A DNA stretch of 64,000 nucleotides from an uncultured Thermoplasmatales archaeon (GCA_964514975.1 CAZESS010000001.1:55845-119844); one strand, 5' to 3'. Numbered from the stretch's first letter, positions 35,602 through 44,906 are shown. Made by a program: numbers and translations. The notes: generated by a model not told the origin, from the letters alone.

Positions 35602-36399
35602 ATGGACCTCCTTCGAGAAAAAGCGCTGTCCACCCGGGTGCTCATAATCCTCGAAATCGCCACCGGCCGCCACTCCCGGCTGGCATCCATCGCCGAACAG
35701 ATTGGTATCACCAAGCAGGCCGTCTCCGACTACATAAAAAAAATGCGGAGCGACGACCTCGTCCAGGTCATCGACGGCGAATACCGGCCCACCATTCAGG
35801 GCACACAGTTCATGCACCGGCACCTTCTCGACCTCAAACAGTTCCTGGAGGATACCCTCGCAAAGCTCAATATCGTCGAAAGCGACGCGGCGCTCGCCGG
35901 CGACGACCTCGTCGCGGGAGACACGCTCGGTCTGTTCATGGAAAACGGCGTCCTGACCGCCTACAGCAGCCGCCCATCGCCATCACGGGGCACCGCCCGC
36001 CATGATGCAGCCCCTGGAGAGGACGTCGCCATCGACGACATGGAGGGCATCATGCAGTACGAGCTCGGTACCATCCATCTCTACGAGCTCCCCGGCCCCC
36101 AGCAGGGCGGCACCCGGGCCCTGGACATCGAGGCGCTCGCCGCCGCCCTCGACGAGGCGCAACCGGACCGCATCGCCATCGCCGACGTCATCGCCCGGGC
36201 AGCGCTCAACCGGGCAGCCATCGCATACGACATCGAGTTCGCCCCATGCCACGCGGCCATCGCGGCGGCGCAGCGCGCCCTGGACGTCGCCATCCTGGGC
36301 TGGAGCACGGCCATCGAGGAAGCGCTGACCGCCATCCAGGATTTCAACAGCTCATCGGTCGAGCGTATCGGCTACCAGGTATCCTCGTTTTGCCCATAA
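35602..36399 (+). CDS. Winged-helix transcriptional regulator with an uncharacterised C-terminal domain
   Basis: LIILEIATGRHSRLASIAEQIGITKQAVSDYIKKMRSDDLV is an HTH plus wing. It is divergent from the DUF4430 operon. Confidence 0.65.
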   Translation: MDLLREKALSTRVLIILEIATGRHSRLASIAEQIGITKQAVSDYIKKMRSDDLVQVIDGEYRPTIQGTQFMHRHLLDLKQFLEDTLAKLNIVESDAALAGDDLVAGDTLGLFMENGVLTAYSSRPSPSRGTARHDAAPGEDVAIDDMEGIMQYELGTIHLYELPGPQQGGTRALDIEALAAALDEAQPDRIAIADVIARAALNRAAIAYDIEFAPCHAAIAAAQRALDVAILGWSTAIEEALTAIQDFNSSSVERIGYQVSSFCP

Positions 36400-36428
36400 A
36401 AGTAAAAAGCCGTCTGCGATGTAGACAC

Positions 36429-37964
36429 ATGACATTGGTTGATGTGCTTGAGGAAAGCGCCCGTCTTCATGGCGACGATACGGCAGTTGTTTTCGACGAC
36501 GACAGGCTGAGCTACCGGGAGCTGGCAGACCGGGCCGCCCGCATCTCATCGTCGCTTCATGCCCTGGACGTCGAACGGGGCGACCATGTTGCCGTGTGGA
36601 TGTCGAACAACCTGGAATATCTGCCCGTCTATCTCGGCATCGCCGCCGCCGGCGCGGTCATGGTGCCCATGAACACCCGCTACCGGACGCATGAGGCCCG
36701 CTACATCCTCTCCAACTCCGACGCCGGCGCCATTTTCATGACTCCCCGGTTTCTCAAGATGCGGTATGACGACATGCTGCGGGAGATAGCGCCCTCGCTC
36801 GGGCACCTGGAACATGCCATCGTGCTCGGCGACGACGCAGACGTCGGCGTGCCGTCCATGGGCTACGAAACGTTTCTGTCCACCGGCGATGATGCCGCGC
36901 CGCCTGCGGTTTCCGATGATGACATCTCGCAGATATTGTATACCTCGGGGACAACGGGCAAGCCCAAGGGGGTCATGCTGAGCCATGCAAACGTCTGCGA
37001 CAACGCCCGGGTCACGGGCGAGGTCATGGAGGTGACATCGGCAGATCGCTATTTCGTCCCGTTGCCCCTGTTTCATTCCTTCGGCCTGGTGCTCGGTTGC
37101 CTGACCCCGCTGACCTTCGGGGCGAGCATCGTCCTCCAGGACGTCTTCGATGCAGAAATGGCGCTGCGCATCATGGAAAAACAGCGGTGCACCATGAACT
37201 TCGGCGTCCCGGCCATGTTCATGATGGAGCTCGAGGCCTACCGGGAGGGCGATTACGCGCTGGAGCTGCGCAGCGGCATGATGGGCGGCGCTCCCTGCCC
37301 CGTCGAGGTGGTGAAGGGCGTCCGGGAGGAGATGGGCTGCGACGTCTGCATCGGCTACGGCATCACCGAGACCTCGCCGCTTATCTCGCTCACCAGGTTC
37401 GAGGACGACGACCAAAAACGGGCGGAAACCGTCGGGTTGCCGCTGCCCGGGGTAGAGGTCAGGGTGGTCGACGACGAGCGCCGGCCATTGCCGCCGGGCG
37501 AGGTCGGCGAGATAGCCATCCGGGGAAACGTGATGCAGGGCTACTACGGCATGCCCGAGGCCACAGATGAGGCAGTCGATGAGGGCGGCTGGTATTACAG
37601 TGGCGACCTCGGCGTTATCGACAGCGATGGCTACCTGTCTGTCACCGGGCGGAAAAAGGATATGATCGTCGTCGGTGGCTTCAACGTGTATCCCCGGGAG
37701 GTCGAGGAGGTGCTCTTCGAGCACCCGGAGGTCAAAAACGCGGCCGTGGTCGGCGTTCCCGATGACCGTCTCGGCGAGGTCGTCAAGGCATACATCATCC
37801 CCGGCGGCGACCTCGGCGAACAGGAAATCAGGCACTTCCTCGGTGAGCGCGTTGCCAACTTCAAGATACCCCGCTACGTCTCGTTCATGGATGCGCTTCC
37901 CATGACCGCCAGCGGCAAGGTCCAGAAGTACAAGCTCCGGGAGCACCATGACCCATCCCAGTGA
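36429..37964 (+). CDS. AMP-dependent acyl-CoA synthetase (fatty-acid--CoA ligase family)
   Basis: ILYTSGTTGKPKGV, GYGITETS, YSGDLG, GRKKDMI and ASGKVQKYKL. ATG 36429; track start 36246 overlaps the regulator gene and is rejected. Confidence 0.88.
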   Translation: MTLVDVLEESARLHGDDTAVVFDDDRLSYRELADRAARISSSLHALDVERGDHVAVWMSNNLEYLPVYLGIAAAGAVMVPMNTRYRTHEARYILSNSDAGAIFMTPRFLKMRYDDMLREIAPSLGHLEHAIVLGDDADVGVPSMGYETFLSTGDDAAPPAVSDDDISQILYTSGTTGKPKGVMLSHANVCDNARVTGEVMEVTSADRYFVPLPLFHSFGLVLGCLTPLTFGASIVLQDVFDAEMALRIMEKQRCTMNFGVPAMFMMELEAYREGDYALELRSGMMGGAPCPVEVVKGVREEMGCDVCIGYGITETSPLISLTRFEDDDQKRAETVGLPLPGVEVRVVDDERRPLPPGEVGEIAIRGNVMQGYYGMPEATDEAVDEGGWYYSGDLGVIDSDGYLSVTGRKKDMIVVGGFNVYPREVEEVLFEHPEVKNAAVVGVPDDRLGEVVKAYIIPGGDLGEQEIRHFLGERVANFKIPRYVSFMDALPMTASGKVQKYKLREHHDPSQ

Positions 37965-39126
37965 CGACATCCGCGGGACGCTCACACGGCACCTCGAGGG
38001 GAAAACCATCGTCCTGGGGGTGACGGGCAGCATCGCCGCCGTCGAGACCATCCGTCTCGCCCGGCAGCTCATCCGCCACGGTGCCACCATAATACCCGTG
38101 ATGACCCCTGCCGCCATGGACATCATCCATCCATATGCACTCGAGTTCGCAACCGGTGTCCTGCCCATCATGGAGCTGACAGGCGCCGTCGAACACGTCG
38201 AACGCTGTGGCGACCGGCCCGACAATGCGGATGCGATACTCGTGGCTCCCTGCACCGCCAACACGCTCTCCAAGATGGCGCACGGCATCGACGACACCCC
38301 GGTGACAACGTTTGCGACCACCGCCTTCGGCTCCGACGTCCCCGTCATCGTGGTCCCGGCGATGCATGCCTCGATGTACGACAACCCCTTCGTTATGGAC
38401 AGCCTTGCCCGGCTCAGGCAGCACGACGTCACGGTTATCGGCCCGCGCATGGAGGAGGGCACGGCCAAAATCGCCGGCGTTGACGACATCGTCGCAGGCG
38501 TGCTCCGAACACTCGGGCGAGGTGACCTCGACGGCAGGCGGGTCATCATCGTGGGCGGCGCCACCGCCGAGCCCATAGACGACGTCAGGGTGCTCACCAA
38601 CCGCTCATCGGGAAAAATGGCCATGGCCCTCGCCACCGCGGCCTATCGCCGGGGCGCCGACGTGGAGCTCTGGCACTCCGGCATCGCGGTGCCCGGTTAC
38701 ATCGCAACGCAGCGCTTCACCACACACCGAGACATCATCGAGCTCACACGGATAGCCGGCCATGCCGACGTGGTTATCAACTGCGCCGCCATCTCGGATT
38801 TCGTTCCCGAGCGACATGAGGGCAAGCTCCCATCCGACCGTCCGCTGCAGCTCCAGCTCACGCCGGCGGAGCGCATAAACCCGCATCTCCGGGATATCGC
38901 CGACGTTGCCGTCATGTTCAAGCTGGAGCCATCTAAAGAGCGGGCGGTCCAGCGAGGGCGGCAACGATTGCAGGAGGACGACTTCGACGTCGTGGTTGCC
39001 AACACCACGGCATCGCTCGGCAGCGACCAGACGGAGGCATGGATAATCGACCGCTCGGAACAGCACACGCCGGTCGAGGGCAGCAAGCACATGGTCGCCG
39101 ACCGGCTGCTCACCCATATAGCATGA
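37948..39126 (+). CDS. coaBC: Bifunctional phosphopantothenoylcysteine decarboxylase / phosphopantothenate--cysteine ligase
   Basis: Flavoprotein N-domain (VLGVTGSIAAVETIRLARQL, APCTANTLSKMAHGI.D) and a CoaB C-domain (VLTNRSSGKMA, INCAAISDF). Confidence 0.88.
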   Translation: MTHPSDDIRGTLTRHLEGKTIVLGVTGSIAAVETIRLARQLIRHGATIIPVMTPAAMDIIHPYALEFATGVLPIMELTGAVEHVERCGDRPDNADAILVAPCTANTLSKMAHGIDDTPVTTFATTAFGSDVPVIVVPAMHASMYDNPFVMDSLARLRQHDVTVIGPRMEEGTAKIAGVDDIVAGVLRTLGRGDLDGRRVIIVGGATAEPIDDVRVLTNRSSGKMAMALATAAYRRGADVELWHSGIAVPGYIATQRFTTHRDIIELTRIAGHADVVINCAAISDFVPERHEGKLPSDRPLQLQLTPAERINPHLRDIADVAVMFKLEPSKERAVQRGRQRLQEDDFDVVVANTTASLGSDQTEAWIIDRSEQHTPVEGSKHMVADRLLTHIA

Positions 39127-39962
39127 GCGTCACCGTCTTCGCGCCCGGCCACGTCACCGGCCTGTTCGAGATATGCAGCGCCGTCGACCCGGCCATGGCT
39201 GGCTCCCGCGGCGCCGGCATCTGTCTCTCCCGCGGCGCCACAAGCATTGTTGCGCCGCATGCATCCAGGACGACGGTGACGGTCAACGGCAAACCGGGCG
39301 GCGAGGTCACCCGGGATGCCATCCGCGAGCTCATCAGGCATCATGTCGCGGCGGAGATAACGCTTGAGCTGCCGCAGTCCCAGGGCTTCGGGATGAGCGC
39401 TGCCGGGACGCTGGCGACGACGCTCGCCGTGGCAGACCTGTACGGCCTTTCCCGGGCGGCGGCGGTGCGGGCGGCCCATGTCGCGGAGGTCCGGCATATG
39501 ACGGGGCTCGGCGACGTCGTTCCCGCCGCCGTCGGAGGCATCGAGATACGGATGACATCGGGAGCCGAGGGAGCCATCCGTCACATCCATGGCGAGGGCG
39601 AGATGGTCGTCGCCACGGTTGGCCCGGAGCTCCGGACCGCACGGGTGCTCCAAGACGCGGAGACGCGAGATGAGATAACCAGTGTCGGCCGTCGCTGTAT
39701 GGAGAGCCTGCTCGTCCAGCCGTCGCTTGAGCACCTGTTCACGCTGTCACGCCGCTTCGCCATGGAGACCGGCCTGCTGTCCGACAGGGTGCAGCAGGCG
39801 CTGGATGCCGTCGCGCCATATGGCATGGCGTCGATGTGCATGCTTGGCAACGCCGTGTTTGCGATGGGGGACACCGACGCCCTGGTCAACGTGCTGTCAC
39901 GTCACGGCGATGTCTGGGTGTGCGACATCGACCGGCGGGGTGCCCGCCTGCTCGAGAAATAG
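39123..39962 (+). CDS. Pantoate kinase (archaeal GHMP-family PoK)
   Basis: APGHVTGLFEI N-terminus and the GHMP motif LPQSQGFGMSAAG. ATG 39123 overlaps the coaBC stop by 4 nt; track start 39039 is rejected. Confidence 0.75.
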   Translation: MSVTVFAPGHVTGLFEICSAVDPAMAGSRGAGICLSRGATSIVAPHASRTTVTVNGKPGGEVTRDAIRELIRHHVAAEITLELPQSQGFGMSAAGTLATTLAVADLYGLSRAAAVRAAHVAEVRHMTGLGDVVPAAVGGIEIRMTSGAEGAIRHIHGEGEMVVATVGPELRTARVLQDAETRDEITSVGRRCMESLLVQPSLEHLFTLSRRFAMETGLLSDRVQQALDAVAPYGMASMCMLGNAVFAMGDTDALVNVLSRHGDVWVCDIDRRGARLLEK

Positions 39963-39997
39963 GCAACGTTTTTATAGAAACATGTCATCATGGTGAC

Positions 39998-40183
39998 ATG
40001 GACATATCCATTCTCGGCGTGCACATTCCGCTCTGGCTGCTGTTCCTCATCATCATCCTGGTGCTGTTCATCGGCTGGAAGCTCATCAAGTTCGCGGTAA
40101 AACTGCTCATCATCCTTGTGCTCATATTTGGCATCCTGCTCATCGGCGACCTCGTCTGGCCGGTCCTGTCATCGTGGCTCTAG
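39998..40183 (+). CDS. Small two-helix membrane protein (61 aa)
   Basis: MDISILGVHIPLWLLFLIIILVLFIGWKLIKF...ILLIGDLVWPVL. A TTTTTATAG box at 39969-39977 lies about 25 nt upstream, suggesting a leaderless mRNA. Confidence 0.55.
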   Translation: MDISILGVHIPLWLLFLIIILVLFIGWKLIKFAVKLLIILVLIFGILLIGDLVWPVLSSWL

Positions 40184-40219
40184 CGTAAACCTTTATACTG
40201 CCAGCTCTTTTTTTCGTCC

Positions 40220-41389
40220 ATGTTGCTCATCAAAGACGCCGGCGAGATATTTCTCCCGGACGGCTGCGCCAAAGATGTCTCCGTTCTCATCGGCGACGGA
40301 CGGATACAGGACATCGGCAGCGACCTCGACGCCGGCGACGCAGACGTCATCGACGCCACCGGCAAAACGGTGCTGCCAGGATTCGTTGACTGCCACACCC
40401 ATGCGGTGTTCGCCGGCGCCCGGGAATTCGAGCTCGACATGAAGCTCAAAGGCGCCTCCTACCAGGAGATAGCAGAGCAGGGCGGCGGCATCGGCTACAC
40501 CGTCCGGCATACCCGTGATGCCTCAAAAAAGGAGCTCATCGAGCAATCCCGCCATCGTCTCGACCGGATGCTCCGTCATGGCACCACCACCGCGGAGATA
40601 AAAAGCGGCTACGGTCTCGACACCGCCACCGAGCTCAAAATACTCGATGTCGCCCAACATCTCGGCGACGACCACGCAGTCGATATCGTCCCCACATTTC
40701 TCGGGGCACATGCCATCCCCGGAGGCATGGACAAAGAAGACTACATCCAACTCGTCATCGAGGACATGATACCCCGGGTCGCCGAACAGGGGCTGGCGGT
40801 CTTCTGCGACGTCTTCTGCGAAAAGGGCTACTTCACCCCCGACGAAACGAGGCGTATCCTCACGGCAGGCATCAAGCACGGCCTCACGCCCAAAATACAT
40901 GCAGACGAGTTCACCGACATCGGCGGTGCAGCGCTGGCGGCCGAGCTCAACGCAGCCAGTGCAGACCATCTCCTCATGGCCTCCCGGGAGGGCATCGAGG
41001 CGATGGCCCATGCAGGCGTGGTTCCGGTGCTGCTGCCCGCGGTGCCGTTTTCCATGATGCAGGAGCGCTACGCCAATGCCCGGGGGATGCTCACCGAGGG
41101 GCTCCCCGTTGCCCTGGCCACCGACCTCAATCCCAACTGCTGGACGGAAAACATGCAGCTCGTCATCCAGCTCGCCTGCTTCCAGATGGGCATGACCCCG
41201 CGGGAAGCCATCGAAGGAGCGACGATCAACGCGGCGCGCGCCATCGACTGTGCGGAACAGATTGGCAGCATCGAAATCGGCAAGCAGGCGGACCTCCTCG
41301 TCATCAACGCGCCCTCGCACCGCTATCTTCCATACCATTTCGGCGTCAACCTCGTAGAGACGGTCATCAAGACCGGAGCCGTTGTATGA
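40220..41389 (+). CDS. hutI: Imidazolonepropionase-like amidohydrolase
   Basis: VLPGFVDCHTHAVFAG, SYQEI..QGGGI..TV, KSGYGL, HADE, SADHL and ATDLNPN. Confidence 0.8.
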   Translation: MLLIKDAGEIFLPDGCAKDVSVLIGDGRIQDIGSDLDAGDADVIDATGKTVLPGFVDCHTHAVFAGAREFELDMKLKGASYQEIAEQGGGIGYTVRHTRDASKKELIEQSRHRLDRMLRHGTTTAEIKSGYGLDTATELKILDVAQHLGDDHAVDIVPTFLGAHAIPGGMDKEDYIQLVIEDMIPRVAEQGLAVFCDVFCEKGYFTPDETRRILTAGIKHGLTPKIHADEFTDIGGAALAAELNAASADHLLMASREGIEAMAHAGVVPVLLPAVPFSMMQERYANARGMLTEGLPVALATDLNPNCWTENMQLVIQLACFQMGMTPREAIEGATINAARAIDCAEQIGSIEIGKQADLLVINAPSHRYLPYHFGVNLVETVIKTGAVV

Positions 41390-42012
41390 GCGCCGTCGCG
41401 CTGCTCTCCGGGGGCATCGATTCACCGGTGGCGCTCTACATCATGGCCCGGCGGATGGACTGTACCGCCCTGTTCATGGACACCTATCCCTTCATGGAGG
41501 AGCCACCGGGCAAAATACATGCCCTCGTCCGGCAGGTCATGCATGTAGCCGATGCATCCATCCCGCTCTACACGGCTCCCTTTGGCCGGCTCGTGCAGCA
41601 GGAGATACGGCGGCATGCGACACCCCGGTTCCGCTGCCTGCTCTGCAAGCGCATGATGTACCAGGTGGCGGCGGCGCTAGCTCAACAACGGGGTGCGGAC
41701 ATCCTGGTCACCGGTGAAAACCTGGGGCAGGTGGCCTCCCAGACCCTGTCCAACCTGGCGGTGCTCGACGACGCGGTAGCGATGCCGGTCGTCCGGCCGC
41801 TCATCGGTCTCGACAAGCAGGAAATCATCGAGATAGCGGAGCGCATCGGGACCTATGAGCATTCCATCGCCGGCGATGCCTCCTGCAGCCTTGTGCCCCG
41901 GCAGCCGGCGACCATGTCGAAGCGCGCTGCGCTCAGGGATGAAGAGACGAAGCTGGACGTCCGGCCGCTCGTTGCAGCCACGATGGAGCAGATGACGCAA
42001 GAGAAACTTTAA
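41386..42012 (+). CDS. Stand-alone ThiI-type PP-loop ATPase domain (tRNA sulfurtransferase-like, no THUMP domain)
   Basis: LLSGGIDSPVA PP-loop, CLLCKR Cys pair, ILVTGENLGQVASQTL and RPLIGLDKQEI. At only 208 aa it starts directly at the PP-loop. Confidence 0.75.
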   Translation: MSAVALLSGGIDSPVALYIMARRMDCTALFMDTYPFMEEPPGKIHALVRQVMHVADASIPLYTAPFGRLVQQEIRRHATPRFRCLLCKRMMYQVAAALAQQRGADILVTGENLGQVASQTLSNLAVLDDAVAMPVVRPLIGLDKQEIIEIAERIGTYEHSIAGDASCSLVPRQPATMSKRAALRDEETKLDVRPLVAATMEQMTQEKL

Positions 42013-42018
42013 AAAATA
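42008..42018 (+). promoter_or_regulatory. TATA-like box for the tRNA-Val/tRNA-Leu pair
   Basis: TTTAAAAAATA is centred about 26 nt upstream of the first tRNA nucleotide (42039). Confidence 0.5.
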
Positions 42019-42038
42019 CGCCTCCATTACCCCACGTT

Positions 42039-42112
42039 GGGCTCTTGGTCTAGCTGGTTATGACGTCGCCTTGACATGGCGGAGGTCCTGGGTTCAAATC
42101 CCAGAGAGCCCA
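42039..42112 (+). tRNA. tRNA-Val (anticodon GAC)
   Basis: Hand-folded cloverleaf. Acceptor GGGCUCU/AGAGCCC, anticodon stem UCGCC/GGCGG with loop UUGACAU, T arm CUGGG-UUCAAAU-CCCAG, discriminator A. CCA is not encoded. Confidence 0.9.
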
Positions 42113-42124
42113 TTCCCACATCAT

Positions 42125-42209
42125 GCAGGGGTAGCCAAGCCAGGTTAACGGCGCAAGGTTCAGGGCCTTGTCCTGCAGAGGTCCAAGGGTTCGAATCCCT
42201 TCCCCTGCA
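42125..42209 (+). tRNA. tRNA-Leu (anticodon CAG)
   Basis: Acceptor GCAGGGG/CCCCUGC, anticodon stem CAAGG/CCUUG with loop UUCAGGG, a long variable arm, T arm AAGGG-UUCGAAU-CCCUU, discriminator A. Confidence 0.9.
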
Positions 42210-42266
42210 TTTTTATCCGGGAAAAATGGCAAGTGTTAAGAAACAACCCGGCGTTGCAGTACCATT

Positions 42267-43283
42267 ATGGACCTCGACGACCCTGAGGGCATGACATCGC
42301 TCGACCCGTCCGGCATGCTCGATGAAACGGCGGCGTTTCCCGACCACATAGCTGACGCTATAAGGCTGGGCGCAGACCCGGCTGTCAGGGATACGATAAA
42401 CGCCATCCTTTTCGTGGGCATGGGCGGCTCGGCCATCGGCGGCGAGCTCGTACAGCAGTTGTTCGTCGACAGCTGTACCATACCGATAATGGTACATCGG
42501 GGATACGAGCTGCCTGCATGGGCTGACGAAAAAACGCTCGTCGTAGCGACCAGTTACAGTGGCAACACCGCCGAAACCATCTCATGTTTCAGGGAGGCAC
42601 TGAAGCGCGGCTGCACGACGGTCTCTATATCCTCCAACGGCATGCTCGAGGAGCTTTCCGGTAGCAGCGACTGCCACATCGCAATCCCGCAGGGTATGCA
42701 GCCCCGGGCGGCGCTCGCCTATCTCATGCTGCCGCCGCTGAAAATCATGGAGCAACATGGCCTCGTTGCGCTCCCCGACATGGAGCAGGTCGCCGGCGAG
42801 GTCAGGGAGTATAGCGAGCATCTGAACCCGGATGTTCCGTCCGTGGACAACCCGGCGAAGCAGCTCGCTACCAGTACCCGGGGAATGCCCGCCATCTATG
42901 GCCATGGATACCTTGGAGCCGTGGCGACGCGATGGCGGCAGCAGTTCAACGAGAACGCGAAGATGGCCGCCGCAGATTACGCGGTGCCGGAGGCAAACCA
43001 CAACGAGCTCATGTCGTGGGTCGACGGGCAGCGGGATGTCACCTGTATTTTTCTCCGCCAGCCCGACGAGCCCGATGCTATCGCCAGGCGCATCGACTAC
43101 ATGGCGGAAATATATGGGCGGCATGCCCGGGTGGAGGAGATAACGGCCCATGGCCAGAGCCATCTCGCCCGCATGCTTTGCATGGTGTATCTCGGCGACT
43201 GGGTCAGCGTCTACCTGGCGCTCCGCCGCGACGTCGATCCCACGCCGGTGTCGCTTATCGAGGCGTTGAAGCAACGATTGTGA
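42267..43283 (+). CDS. Bifunctional phosphoglucose/phosphomannose isomerase (SIS-domain, archaeal PGI/PMI type)
   Basis: FVGMGGSAIGG, VATSYSGNTAET and RWRQQFNENAK. Confidence 0.8.
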   Translation: MDLDDPEGMTSLDPSGMLDETAAFPDHIADAIRLGADPAVRDTINAILFVGMGGSAIGGELVQQLFVDSCTIPIMVHRGYELPAWADEKTLVVATSYSGNTAETISCFREALKRGCTTVSISSNGMLEELSGSSDCHIAIPQGMQPRAALAYLMLPPLKIMEQHGLVALPDMEQVAGEVREYSEHLNPDVPSVDNPAKQLATSTRGMPAIYGHGYLGAVATRWRQQFNENAKMAAADYAVPEANHNELMSWVDGQRDVTCIFLRQPDEPDAIARRIDYMAEIYGRHARVEEITAHGQSHLARMLCMVYLGDWVSVYLALRRDVDPTPVSLIEALKQRL

Positions 43284-43412
43284 TGTGATCAGCACTCAAG
43301 ATCTTCATCACTGAACCCTTTCTTTTAAAAAGAAAGCGTTTCATCGGAAAGAAACGTCCGGGCTTCCCCTCAAAGAAAGGGTTCTCAGCAAGGGTTCGCT
43401 CATCACAGCCAT
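43284..43412. other. Structured ~130-nt intergenic element with nested inverted repeats
   Basis: A perfect 13-bp inverted repeat, gaaccctttcttt (43313-43325) / aaagaaagggttc (43372-43384). An inner hairpin cgtttc-N8-gaaacg at 43337-43356. An outer imperfect pair tgtgatcagc / gctcatcaca. AAAGAAA occurs three times. Confidence 0.5.
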
Positions 43413-43494
43413 ACAATGCCCCCGGCATTTTATAATTGTTTCTGCGCCATCGCTCAAACTATTTATATCGACGCATCCTTAACAGCACTGGCGT

Positions 43495-44862
43495 ATGCAA
43501 TCCCTCCTTAACCCCCGGATGGTCTACCAGTTGCTCAAGGGATATCTCCGGGACAAGGACCGGGTGTGGCGGGCCAGCCGGGAGGAGTTCCGGCGGCTGC
43601 AGGACCGGGCGCTGCGCCGTATGGCTCGCTACGCCTACGAGGTCCCGCTCTACCGGCAGAAATACCGGGAGGCAGGAGTGCACCCCGACGACATCGCGGG
43701 CATCGCGGACATCAAACGGCTGCCCTCTGTCTCCAAGGACGACCTCCGCCGGCATTTCCCGGACGGCATCGTGCACCCCCGTTTCAGGCGGGACAGGGGG
43801 AACCTGGTGAGCACCTCGGGGTCGACCGGCCAGCCGGTGTCGCTGTACACCGATACCTCGGCGGTCATCACCGCCCTCCTCGGCTTTTTGCGGGAGATAC
43901 AGGAATACGGGGTCAACTGGCGGAAAACCCGGATGAGCGTCATCGCCGACGTCGATGAGCATGCGGTGGAGGAGGCCTACCTGCAGGGCAGCGTCCTGCC
44001 CGCCATCCGCCGGCTGTTTCCGCTCGACAACCTCCAGATTTTGCATGTGGGCGACGAGCCCCGCGACCTCATCCGGCGCATCGACGCATTTGAGCCCGAG
44101 TTCCTGGGCGGCTACCCCGGCGTGCTGCGGGCGCTCGCCGTGCTGAAGCGCAGGGGACATGGCGAGCACGTTGCGCCGCGGGTGATGTCCTCCTCGGGGG
44201 CGGTGCTGGACGACTACACCCGGCGGTATATCGAGGACGCGTTTGCGGCGCCCATCTACGACGTGTATGGTTCGACGGAGGCGGGGCCGGTGGCCTTCGA
44301 ATGCTCCAGCGGCAGTTATCATATCCATTCCGACCTGGTCTATCTTGAATTTCTGGACGAGGATGGTAGGGACGTTGCGCCGGGTGAGCCGGGCCGGCTG
44401 GTCATCACTCGTCTCTATGGACGTGGCACGCCGATTATCCGCTATACAGGGATGGACGACATCCTGGTGCCCCTCGAGGACACATGCCGGTGTGGTATCA
44501 CCACGCCCGTTATCGGCCGCGTCGGCGGACGCAAGGTCGACGCCATCGTGCTGCCCGACGGGGAGATCATCCCGCCGTTTTCCATCACGGGTATCCCGGG
44601 TGAGGTCATGAAGCAGTATGAGACCGACAAGATAAAACAGTTCCAGATCGTGCAGGAAAGCTTCGACGAGCTGACCTTCCGCCTGGTCATCGACGAGGAG
44701 CTCCGCCATGTCGGTCCCCCGGTGGACACCATATGCGAGGAGATACGCCGCGCCTGCCGGCAAAAGGTTGGGCCGGACATGGTGGTCAACGTGACCGAGG
44801 TCGAGCACATCGGTGGCGACACATCGAAGCCCCCGGTACTGGTTTCCAGAGTCCACGGCTGA
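43495..44862 (+). CDS. Phenylacetate-CoA ligase / coenzyme F390 synthetase-like adenylating enzyme
   Basis: YEVPLYRQKYREAGVHPDDI..IADIKRLPSVSKDDLR, STSGSTGQPV, YGSTEAG, YTGMDD and C-x-CG..TP.IGRVGGR. Confidence 0.8.
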   Translation: MQSLLNPRMVYQLLKGYLRDKDRVWRASREEFRRLQDRALRRMARYAYEVPLYRQKYREAGVHPDDIAGIADIKRLPSVSKDDLRRHFPDGIVHPRFRRDRGNLVSTSGSTGQPVSLYTDTSAVITALLGFLREIQEYGVNWRKTRMSVIADVDEHAVEEAYLQGSVLPAIRRLFPLDNLQILHVGDEPRDLIRRIDAFEPEFLGGYPGVLRALAVLKRRGHGEHVAPRVMSSSGAVLDDYTRRYIEDAFAAPIYDVYGSTEAGPVAFECSSGSYHIHSDLVYLEFLDEDGRDVAPGEPGRLVITRLYGRGTPIIRYTGMDDILVPLEDTCRCGITTPVIGRVGGRKVDAIVLPDGEIIPPFSITGIPGEVMKQYETDKIKQFQIVQESFDELTFRLVIDEELRHVGPPVDTICEEIRRACRQKVGPDMVVNVTEVEHIGGDTSKPPVLVSRVHG

Positions 44863-44906
44863 GGCAGGGCTCAGATTTTTTATATAGCGTCATGTATTGC
44901 AGGCCT

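Noticed and set aside
36546-38636. Very long antisense ORFs. Examples: the 696-aa ORF at 36546..38636 (-), the 459-aa ORF at 14521..15900 (-), the 465-aa ORF at 43459..44856 (-), the 463-aa ORF at 24404..25795 (-), the 459-aa ORF at 55589..56968 (-), and the 5' part of 5854..7479 (+).
   Set aside because: Each lies opposite a gene with strong family motifs. Their translations are Arg/Gly/Pro/His-rich and motif-free, as expected for stop-poor antisense frames in high-GC DNA.
40220-41389. A histidine-utilisation (hut) operon around hutI.
   Set aside because: No hutH, hutU or hutG-like genes flank it. The neighbours are a small membrane protein and a ThiI-like gene, so only the enzyme-family call is made.
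43284-43325. C/D-box sRNA immediately after the PGI/PMI gene (GUGAUGU ... CUGA).
   Set aside because: The C-like box deviates from RUGAUGA. I could not find convincing C'/D' boxes or a terminal D box at the right spacing. The inverted-repeat description fits better.
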